A stretch of 52,808 nucleotides of DNA from Ruminiclostridium sp. (GTDB taxonomy: Bacteria; Bacillota; Clostridia; Oscillospirales; Ruminococcaceae): assembly GCA_017458655.1 (NCBI GenBank), contig JAFTAG010000002.1, positions 1-52,808 of the forward strand. The letters are read 5' to 3'. Positions within the stretch are counted from its first letter, which is position 1. Each line of letters begins with the position of its first letter. The position numbers and the translations under genes were made by a program. Positions 10,144-17,942 of the stretch are shown here, in pieces. The notes below the pieces were generated by a model. That model did not search any database, was not told the DNA's origin, and was given only the letters and a program-made list of their open reading frames with translations.

Positions 10144-10644
10144 TCAATCCGCATATTTATTGAGAATGCCCTGAAGCTGATCGTTGGTCAGCTTTCCGTA
10201 AACATCATCATTTACGGTCATTACGGGTGCAAGTCCGCAGGCGCCTATGCAGCGGCACGCGTCGAGTGAGAACTTTCCGTCGGGAGTGCACTGCCCTTCC
10301 TCAATACCGAGTATCTCTTTGAGCTTGCTGAACACATCGCCCGAGCCCTTGACATAGCAGGCTGTACCGAGACATACGGAAATGCGGTACTTGCCCTTGG
10401 GGTAGAGCGAGAACTGGGCATAGAACGTGGATACTCCGTAGATCTTTTCCATCGGGATACCCGTTTCTTCGGAAATGATGCTCTGTACCTCGACAGGCAG
10501 ATATCCGTAGATCTCCTGCGCCTTCTGAAGGATAGGCATCAGCGCTCCTGCCTGGCCTTTGTGCTCATTGATCATACTGCGAAGCGCTTTTTCCTGCTCA
10601 GCAGTACCATTAAAAGCAACCTTTACTTTTTGTGTGGAACTCAT
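10144..10644 (-). CDS. hydC: NuoE-like 2Fe-2S hydrogenase subunit
   Basis: VCLGTACYVKG and CIGACGLAP motifs. Confidence 0.93.
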   Translation of the reverse strand: MSSTQKVKVAFNGTAEQEKALRSMINEHKGQAGALMPILQKAQEIYGYLPVEVQSIISEETGIPMEKIYGVSTFYAQFSLYPKGKYRISVCLGTACYVKGSGDVFSKLKEILGIEEGQCTPDGKFSLDACRCIGACGLAPVMTVNDDVYGKLTNDQLQGILNKYAD

Positions 10645-10690
10645 TTATAGAACCTCCTTTTATTGGATCGCTGCACAGCGTCCTCGCATT

Positions 10691-10882
10691 ATGTGAAAAA
10701 TATAACACATATATACATACTGATTATATCACAAATCACATCAAAAAGCTACTGCTTTATTTTTACAATTTTCCTCTTTGTTTTTGTGCATTTTTTACAA
10801 ACATTTGAGTTAGTTTATGCTAACTTTTCTGCGGATCCGCTAATAGCAGCAACCGATTTTTTTACTGTAAAAAATATAACAC
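10691..10882. promoter_or_regulatory. Two putative Rex operator sites around the hydrogenase promoter
   Basis: ATGTGAAAAATATAACAC (10691-10708) and CTGTAAAAAATATAACAC (10865-10882) resemble TTGTGAA-N4-TTCACAA / TTGTTAA-N4-TTAACAA. Minus-strand TG-N-TATAAT at 10723-10731. Confidence 0.5.
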
Positions 10883-10962
10883 ATTTCTTACAAAAATTGC
10901 TTTACATATTGAAAAAAATATGTTATAATATATTAAAATTTCTTGAAACGGAGTGTTCTCTT

Positions 10963-12270
10963 ATGGAATGGTATCAGCGATCAGCATTTTATCACATTTA
11001 CCCCCTCGGCTACTGCGGCGCTCTCGAACGCAATGACTTCACCTCCGCGCCCGTGAGCCGCATTCTGTCCGTTATCGACAATATCCCCCATATCAGGGAG
11101 CTCGGCTGCAACGCCGTATATTTCGGCCCGGTCTTTGAGTCCTCATACCATGGCTACGATACCGTCGATTACACAAAGATCGACAGAAGGCTCGGTACAA
11201 ACGAGGATTTCAAGAAGGTATGCGACGCCCTGCACAAGAACGGCATACGCGTTATAATAGACGGTGTATTCAACCATGTCGGCCGGGATTTCTGGGCGTT
11301 CAGAGATGTCCGCGAAAAGCGCTGGGAGAGCAAGTACAAGGACTGGTTCCACCTGCGCGACGGAAAGTCACCCTATAACGACAACTTCTGGTACGAGGGC
11401 TGGGAGGGTCACTTCGACCTTGTAAAGCTCAACCTCTATAACGGCGATGTCAAGCAGTACATAAAGGACTGCATCACCGGCTGGTCAACCGAATTCGGCA
11501 TTGACGGACTTCGCCTCGATGTGGCGTACTGCCTCGACCTCAACTTCTTAAAAGAGCTCCACGGTCACTGCAAGTGGCTCAGAAACGATTTCTGGCTCAT
11601 GGGTGAGACTCTCCACGGCGACTACAACCGCTGGATGAACCCCGATATGCTCGACAGCGTAACCAACTACGAGTGTTACAAGGGGCTTTATTCCAGCTTC
11701 AACGATATGAATATGTTCGAGATAGCTCATTCCCTCAACCGCCAGTTCGGCAAGGAGAGCTGGTGTCTCTACAGAGGAAGATCCCTCTATTCCTTCGTTG
11801 ACAACCACGATGTCAGCAGAATAGCTACCATGCTCAAAAAGAAAGAACACCTCGACCCGATATATTCCCTGCTCTACACCATGCCCGGTATCCCCGGTCT
11901 CTACTACGGCAGCGAATACGGCTGGGAGGGCGACAAGAAGCAGGGTGACGAGTGCCTTCGCGTTAAATTCGTCTCCGAGCCCGATACCGAGCTTACGAAG
12001 CATATCGCGAAGCTCGCAAAATTCCGCACGGAAAGTGAAGCGCTCGCGGTCGGCGATTACAAGCAGCTCGAGCTCCACAACCACAACTACGCGTTCAAGC
12101 GCGAGAGCGAGAACGATATAGCAGTCGCAATGATCAACGCGGGCGAGGAATACACGTTCAACGTAAATGTTGAAGGTCAGTTCGAGGATATCCTGTCAGG
12201 CGAAATATTTGACCTTACACAGCCCGTCCCCGTTGCCGCGTGCTCGTCGCGTGTATTTAAAAAAGTATGA
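10963..12270 (+). CDS. GH13 alpha-amylase-family (cyclomaltodextrinase/neopullulanase-like) glycosidase
   Basis: YHGYDT, DGVFNH, GIDGLRLDVA, WLMGE, FVDNHD. The ATG at 10963 follows a GGAG SD; the 5' extension in the ORF track is AT-rich promoter DNA. Confidence 0.9.
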   Translation: MEWYQRSAFYHIYPLGYCGALERNDFTSAPVSRILSVIDNIPHIRELGCNAVYFGPVFESSYHGYDTVDYTKIDRRLGTNEDFKKVCDALHKNGIRVIIDGVFNHVGRDFWAFRDVREKRWESKYKDWFHLRDGKSPYNDNFWYEGWEGHFDLVKLNLYNGDVKQYIKDCITGWSTEFGIDGLRLDVAYCLDLNFLKELHGHCKWLRNDFWLMGETLHGDYNRWMNPDMLDSVTNYECYKGLYSSFNDMNMFEIAHSLNRQFGKESWCLYRGRSLYSFVDNHDVSRIATMLKKKEHLDPIYSLLYTMPGIPGLYYGSEYGWEGDKKQGDECLRVKFVSEPDTELTKHIAKLAKFRTESEALAVGDYKQLELHNHNYAFKRESENDIAVAMINAGEEYTFNVNVEGQFEDILSGEIFDLTQPVPVAACSSRVFKKV

Positions 12271-12320
12271 CAGGTGTTCACACCACCAAATAATATGTAC
12301 AACAGCAGGAGGAAAAGACT

Positions 12321-12560
12321 ATGCCGCATATTGGAATAAAGATGCTCGCGGGAAGAAGCGAGGAACAGAAGAAAAAGGCTGCCGAGGCAGTCAAGAACGC
12401 ACTTGTTGAAGCCCTCGGAATGGGCAGCGACCACTATGTCACCTGCACGATCGAGGATTTCGACGCAAACGAATGGCAGACGGTATTCAAGCAGGAAGTC
12501 ACCGACAAGCCCGACAAGGTCTATGTAAAGCCGAAATACGACCCAAAATCGCTTCTGTGA
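12321..12560 (+). CDS. 4-oxalocrotonate tautomerase family protein
   Basis: MPHI start (catalytic Pro-1), GRSEEQK motif, strong AGGAGG SD. Confidence 0.85.
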   Translation: MPHIGIKMLAGRSEEQKKKAAEAVKNALVEALGMGSDHYVTCTIEDFDANEWQTVFKQEVTDKPDKVYVKPKYDPKSLL

Positions 12561-12561
12561 C

Positions 12562-12600
12562 AAAAACCGCCGTACAGTGTATGCTGCACGGCGGTTTTTT
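12562..12600. terminator. Bidirectional intrinsic terminator
   Basis: aaaaaccgccgtacag-tgtatg-ctgcacggcggtttttt between convergent genes. Confidence 0.75.
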
Positions 12601-13093
12601 ATATTATGGTTTTCACCTCGGATATGAATTCCGGCTTTGTTTTGTATGCGAGATAATGCGGTCTGCCGCTGTATTCGAGATAAGTCCCGAAGCGCTCGAT
12701 GATCACCGGCTCAGTGACCATTCCTAGAACGTCCGCCTCCGGAACAAATCTCGTTTCGGAATTCTCGTCGGACGCCCGCAGCTCCCCGCCCTCATAAGTG
12801 CAGATAAAATCAAGTATAAGCTTGGTGGGAACGACCTTCACGCCGTTATAGCCCGGATATGAATTGGTGTTAGAGGAAACGCAGAAAAGCTCCCCGACCT
12901 TCACCGAAGCGCCCGTTTCCTCGAATATCTCACGCTGCAGCCCCTCAATGATGTTTTCCCCGTTTTCAACCATACCGCCGGGGTATTCCCACCCGCGCCG
13001 TATGTTTTTCACGAGCAGTATCTCACCCTTATCGTTCCTTATCACGCCCGCGGCAGCTACAACATGTGCGGGCAGTACCTTCTCAGCCGTCAA
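12599..13093 (-). CDS. NUDIX hydrolase
   Basis: Nudix box PGGMVENGENIIEGLQREIFEETG. Confidence 0.9.
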   Translation of the reverse strand: MTAEKVLPAHVVAAAGVIRNDKGEILLVKNIRRGWEYPGGMVENGENIIEGLQREIFEETGASVKVGELFCVSSNTNSYPGYNGVKVVPTKLILDFICTYEGGELRASDENSETRFVPEADVLGMVTEPVIIERFGTYLEYSGRPHYLAYKTKPEFISEVKTII

Positions 13094-15953
13094 TGAACGT
13101 CTTCCCTTCTTTTTTCAGTTTAAAGCTGATATTTTTCGGTTTCAGACCGCCCTGAGCAAAATACAGTCTTGCGGTCGTATAACGTGAGAAGAATTGTCCG
13201 TCCCTCGTTATGGTGACATCCTTCCCGCCGGTTCCGTTGAATGTGAAATTGCACCAGGCCGAGCCGAGAACGAACAGAGTCACCGGTATCTGCGCGAGCT
13301 CGCCGCTGTCGGAGCTTCCGGTCATCGAAACACTGTACAGACCGAACTTGTCGATATCGAGGACAAATACATAGTTTGAGCCCTTGTCCGACTTTATTCC
13401 TTCGAGCGGTATCGTGACCTCTCCGTCAAGTCTGAACACCTCCACGTTCTCGCCGAGCTGCTCGTTTTCTTCTTCGGGACGGTTGATGATGTTCACCTTC
13501 TCCTCCGTACCGAGCAGTCTGTCCATAGCCCGTGTGGTCATCGCGAAGCGCAGTATATTCTTCGCGTTACGCTGTAATTCGCCTCGGGTGAGACCGCCGC
13601 TTTCAAGCATTTTCAGCGTGTTGTCATTGTTGTTTTCACCGTCGGCGCATACCATATAGGTGTCGTTCTGCGCGCGCGCCATCGCGGCGAGATCGGACTT
13701 GTCGGGCTTGCAGCCGCGGCGGTTGATGTTCGCCCACCAGTCGGTCATGGTCATTCCGTCGAAGTGCCAGTCGTCACGCAGCAGCATCGTGTCAAGCTCG
13801 TAGTTTCCCGCCGTCCATACGCCGTTCAGCGAGCCGTATGTCGTCATTATCGTCTTTGCGCCGCCTTTGCCGACCGCGATACCGAAGCCTTTCAGATATA
13901 TCTCGCGCAGCGCTCTTTCGGACACTATCGAATCGAGAAAGTGGCGGTTCAGCTCCTGATTGTTGCAGCAGAAATGCTTTATCGTGCCGGTAACGCCCGC
14001 AGAGCGAAGTCCGTTAAGCTCCGCGACAGCCATTTCACCGCAAAGGTACGGGTCCTCCGAGAAATACTCGAAGTTGCGGCCGTTGAGCGGGTGGCGGTGG
14101 ATATTCATTCCGGGACCCAGCAGACAATCCACCTTGTTCGCGGCGATCTCAAGCCCGGCGAGCGAAAACAGCTCAAATATCAGCTCCTTGTTGAAGGTCG
14201 AAGCTATCATCGTCCCGTTGGGGAGACTGAACGCCTTTGTCCCGCAGTCAAGGCGCATTCCCGAGGGGCCGTCGGACGTGCAGCAGCTCGGTATGCCGAA
14301 GTTTATAAGGCTCTGCGATACGCCCGCGAATGCCGATGTAGTACCGGGCGTGACCTTCGGGCTCCCCATACCCTCGCCGCGTATTATGCAGGCAAGGTCG
14401 TTGTCGGAGAGCTGTGCGACAAACTCGTCGAGCGTGTTCTTTCCGCTCTTTACGTCGGCGAGCTTTATGCCCCTGTCGCCGGTCTGCGGTATCTCCGGCG
14501 GCAGGTTCTCCTCTATCAGCTTATACGTGTCGAGCTCATTGAGCGGGACGGGCTCGGTTCCCTCTTTATAACCGTCGCCGTCGGCAGCGGGAATTATCCT
14601 GTCGAAGGCGGTATGCGGCGCAAGAAGCTGTCTGTGTCCGGAAACGACCGGATCCTCGCCGATAACGAATGAATGGCATTTCCCAGCCGAACGGACATCG
14701 CTGCCGCAATAGAATATATACTCTCCCGCTTCAAGAACAAAGCAGCTCTTATGCCCTGTCTTGCCGGAATCATCGTAAGAAGCGAGAGAAGCGCGGTCTA
14801 TCTCAAACATAAGAGTCTGCTCCTCGCCGGGCGCCAGCTCCTTTGTCTTTTCAAACGCCGCCAATCTGCGTGTGGGAACGCCGAGCCTTCCCTGCGGAGC
14901 TTCACAATAGATCTGAACGACTTCCTTCCCGCTGAAAGTGCTGCCTGTATTCTTTACCGTAACAAAGATCGTTTCTATGCTGCCGGTACTTCCCTCATAA
15001 ACATATGACGCTCTTTTTTCTTCCTCGGCATATTCGCGCGCATCGTCCTCGGACATCGGTATCTCATGCGTCATTGTTGTTTTTCCCGCAAATTCGGGCA
15101 CGGTGATCTCAAAGTCCGTATAGGACAGCCCGTAGCCGAAAGGATAGCGGACCTTATCTTTCGCGAACGTCTCAAAATAGCGGTAGCCGACATAGATATC
15201 CTCGGCATAGACACACTTGTCGGGGTCGCCGAAATTGCGGTCGGACGCATGGTCGGAGACCTTGTACGCTATCGTGTCGGGGAGCTTTCCGCTCGGAGAT
15301 ACTTCACCCGTCAGCACTCTCGCCGTGCCCGTTCCGCCGACCATACCGCCGTGCCATACTATCATAAGGGCATCGGGAGACGTTGCCGCGTCATCGAGGA
15401 ACGACAAGTCAACTATTCCGCCCACATTCAGCAGCACAGCCATTTTCCCGAAATGCTTTCTGACTGTCCTCAGCATTTCCGTCTCGATATCGGTGAGGTA
15501 ATACGAGCCTTTTTCGAGCTTCATATCCTGTTCCTCGCCCGCAGTCCTTCCTATGACCACAAGCGCGGTATCGCTTTCGGCGGCGGCCTGCAGCGCGGTA
15601 TCATCATCGAGCGGCATCTCCTTCTGCGACCACGGCTCACCGCCCCAGCCCTCGCCGAGAGAATACGGGTTCTCATCGTCCCACTTTTTATAGATACCGA
15701 GCAGCTTTTCATTGATACACGCGCCCGCTTCGATAAGCCCGTCGGTAATGCCGACGACCTTCGTGACATTCACCATACCGCCGGAGCCGGTACCGCTTTT
15801 GTAATAGTGAAGCTGTATCCTGCCGAAAACCGCGGTGCTCGCGTCTTTTTTCAGCGGCAGCGCTCCGTTCTCGTTCTTAAGCAGGATACAACCCTCCGAC
15901 ACGGTCTTTACCGCGGCTTCGATGTACTTGTTCCAATCAAGTGTTTTAGACAT
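13083..15953 (-). CDS. GH3 beta-glucosidase with permuted domain order
   Basis: Begins with the EGCILLKNENGALPL (GH3_C) domain, then Fn3 (GKEVVQIY), then the TIM-barrel domain (DGPSG, GRNFEYFSEDP, KHF, MTDW). Start at MSKTLDW after GGAGG. Confidence 0.9.
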   Translation of the reverse strand: MSKTLDWNKYIEAAVKTVSEGCILLKNENGALPLKKDASTAVFGRIQLHYYKSGTGSGGMVNVTKVVGITDGLIEAGACINEKLLGIYKKWDDENPYSLGEGWGGEPWSQKEMPLDDDTALQAAAESDTALVVIGRTAGEEQDMKLEKGSYYLTDIETEMLRTVRKHFGKMAVLLNVGGIVDLSFLDDAATSPDALMIVWHGGMVGGTGTARVLTGEVSPSGKLPDTIAYKVSDHASDRNFGDPDKCVYAEDIYVGYRYFETFAKDKVRYPFGYGLSYTDFEITVPEFAGKTTMTHEIPMSEDDAREYAEEEKRASYVYEGSTGSIETIFVTVKNTGSTFSGKEVVQIYCEAPQGRLGVPTRRLAAFEKTKELAPGEEQTLMFEIDRASLASYDDSGKTGHKSCFVLEAGEYIFYCGSDVRSAGKCHSFVIGEDPVVSGHRQLLAPHTAFDRIIPAADGDGYKEGTEPVPLNELDTYKLIEENLPPEIPQTGDRGIKLADVKSGKNTLDEFVAQLSDNDLACIIRGEGMGSPKVTPGTTSAFAGVSQSLINFGIPSCCTSDGPSGMRLDCGTKAFSLPNGTMIASTFNKELIFELFSLAGLEIAANKVDCLLGPGMNIHRHPLNGRNFEYFSEDPYLCGEMAVAELNGLRSAGVTGTIKHFCCNNQELNRHFLDSIVSERALREIYLKGFGIAVGKGGAKTIMTTYGSLNGVWTAGNYELDTMLLRDDWHFDGMTMTDWWANINRRGCKPDKSDLAAMARAQNDTYMVCADGENNNDNTLKMLESGGLTRGELQRNAKNILRFAMTTRAMDRLLGTEEKVNIINRPEEENEQLGENVEVFRLDGEVTIPLEGIKSDKGSNYVFVLDIDKFGLYSVSMTGSSDSGELAQIPVTLFVLGSAWCNFTFNGTGGKDVTITRDGQFFSRYTTARLYFAQGGLKPKNISFKLKKEGKTFIDG

Positions 15954-15975
15954 AGATTTTTCCTCCGGATATTTT

Positions 15976-16731
15976 TTATTTAAATGGTTTCTGCGAACGC
16001 ATAGCAATAAATGTCGGGATATTCAGCTCGTGCAGTCGTCCTTTCCCGTTCGTATCTTCGTAAAGCGAAAGAAGCGTGAATCCCGCTTCAAGCTGACCGT
16101 TTATAAGCTCCTCGAGCGTATGTGAGAACTGCATACCCGCGTCCGCTTTTTCAAGCTTTTTCCGATGTTCTTCGTTGGTAAGCGGGTCAAACGGCAGGCT
16201 GTTGACTATCGAGGTTTCATCTTCATCAACGATGAAATTGACAAAGTGATCGACCCCCGACAGCAGATACCCGCCCGGCTTAAGGACACGATAGCATTCT
16301 TTCCATATCGGCTTGACTTCCTTCACATAGCAGTCCGAAACAGGGTGAAATATAAGGTCGAATTCGTCATTCTGAAACGGCAGCGGTTTTGTCATATCGC
16401 CGCGGACTATCCCGATACTGTACCCCTCACGCTCGGCAGCTTGCCTTTCGGACTCTGTCTGATGCGCCGAGAAGTCAAGCACGGTGCATTCGGCTCCGAG
16501 CGCCGCAAATACCGGCATCTGCTGACCGCCGCCGCTCGCGAGCCCGAGAACTTTCTTACCGCGCAGCTCTCCGAACCACTCGTGAGGGACTTTCTTAGTC
16601 GGTGTCAGCAAAACGTCCCACTTACCGTTCACCGCGTCAAGATATTTCTCGTGAGTAATGGGTCTGCCCCATTCCCAGCCCTGCTCTATCCAACGGTCTA
16701 TCATTTGTGCGTTGATATCGCTGTAGCTCAT
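15976..16731 (-). CDS. Class I SAM-dependent methyltransferase
   Basis: VLGLASGGGQ motif I, FDLIFHP, RVLKPGG. Confidence 0.88.
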   Translation of the reverse strand: MSYSDINAQMIDRWIEQGWEWGRPITHEKYLDAVNGKWDVLLTPTKKVPHEWFGELRGKKVLGLASGGGQQMPVFAALGAECTVLDFSAHQTESERQAAEREGYSIGIVRGDMTKPLPFQNDEFDLIFHPVSDCYVKEVKPIWKECYRVLKPGGYLLSGVDHFVNFIVDEDETSIVNSLPFDPLTNEEHRKKLEKADAGMQFSHTLEELINGQLEAGFTLLSLYEDTNGKGRLHELNIPTFIAMRSQKPFK

Positions 16732-17052
16732 TTTCTTCCTCCCGACGACAATATTTTGCCGATATGCGACGCACTGCCCGATACTTCGTCACATAACTTT
16801 TTAACAACCTTTCAACGGTCAAAAAGTTGAAAGATTTTTGTTTATTCATACAAAATTGACAATTTCGCATTCATCGCACCGGTTCGCGGAACACCCGTTT
16901 TTTTCGGTTTCCGACATTTTATGACACTCATATCCTCATCTTTAAACACCCGTAAAAGCGGCAGTAATGCGGCTTCTGCAAAGCTCCCCCGTTCCGGCCG
17001 ACATAAAACAACATTTTAACTTTTCTTATTTTTCAAAAACCGCTGAAATGTA

Positions 17053-17081
17053 TTGCCATTTGCCAAAATATATGCTACAAT
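17053..17081 (+). promoter_or_regulatory. sigmaA-type promoter of spo0A
   Basis: TTGCCA-N17-TACAAT with TG extension. Confidence 0.55.
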
Positions 17082-17117
17082 AAACTCACAAAAAACAAAA
17101 AAACGGAGGATAACAAA

Positions 17118-17888
17118 ATGACAGACAAGATCAAGGTACTTATCGGCGATGATTCGTCGGAATTCGGACTCACTTGGGCAAGCATGATCAAAAAAGAAGG
17201 AATGTTCACGATCGCACGCCGGAAAAACGGAAAGGTCATACTCGATTCGGTGCTGAACGATATGCCCGATTTTCTCATCATCGAAGCGAAAATGCCCGAG
17301 CTTGACGCGGCGTCTCTTCTCGAGGAGATAGCTTCCGTCAGGAACGAGCTTCCCGTAACGATCGTCGTGTCGAACATCCACACTCCCGAGCTTGAAAAAG
17401 AGGTTATGGACGCGGGCGCGAGCTACTTTATGGTAAAGCCGTTCGCCCCGGAGATACTTTTAAGCAAGATAAGATCTCTTTCAAGCTACAAGCGGATAGT
17501 TTCACGCGAGACCGGAAAGGAGGGCGCGAATATCGAGTATGTGGTCACCGATATGATACACCGTATCGGCATCCCGGCTCACATCAAGGGATATCACTAC
17601 CTCAGGTGCGCTATCATTCTTTCGATAGGCGATTCTGAAATGATTAACAGCGTCACGAAGCTTCTGTACCCGACCGTAGCGCAGAAGTACGGCACCACCG
17701 CTTCGCGAGTGGAGCGCGCTATACGCCACGCGATAGAGATAGCTTGGGATCGCGGCGATATAGATGTGCTAAACGAGCTGTTCGGCTATACCATACACAC
17801 TTCCCGCGGAAAGCCCACCAACTCGGAGTTCATCGCGCTTATCGCGGACAAGCTCAGGCTCCGCTATTTCCCCAATCTTCCGATATGA
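17118..17888 (+). CDS. spo0A: Sporulation master regulator Spo0A (atypical receiver domain, Glu56)
   Basis: C-terminal signature [14 protein letters not shown]...[15 protein letters not shown]...[17 protein letters not shown]; N-terminal receiver domain. Confidence 0.93.
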   Translation: MTDKIKVLIGDDSSEFGLTWASMIKKEGMFTIARRKNGKVILDSVLNDMPDFLIIEAKMPELDAASLLEEIASVRNELPVTIVVSNIHTPELEKEVMDAGASYFMVKPFAPEILLSKIRSLSSYKRIVSRETGKEGANIEYVVTDMIHRIGIPAHIKGYHYLRCAIILSIGDSEMINSVTKLLYPTVAQKYGTTASRVERAIRHAIEIAWDRGDIDVLNELFGYTIHTSRGKPTNSEFIALIADKLRLRYFPNLPI

Positions 17889-17901
17889 TGACGATGCACT
17901 C

Positions 17902-17941
17902 AACGAAATACCGCACATTCGATGTGCGGTATTTCGTTTTT
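17902..17941. terminator. Bidirectional intrinsic terminator
   Basis: aacgaaataccgcacat-tcg-atgtgcggtatttcgtttt. Confidence 0.8.
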
Positions 17942-17942
17942 A

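Noticed and set aside
10663-10962. 100-aa N-terminal extension of the GH13 ORF
   Set aside because: AT-rich divergent promoter region; an SD and family-like sequence begin at ATG 10963.
16860-17050. 0A boxes upstream of spo0A (for example ttccgaca)
   Set aside because: Only imperfect 7-bp matches, expected by chance; not supportable without a matrix or conservation data.
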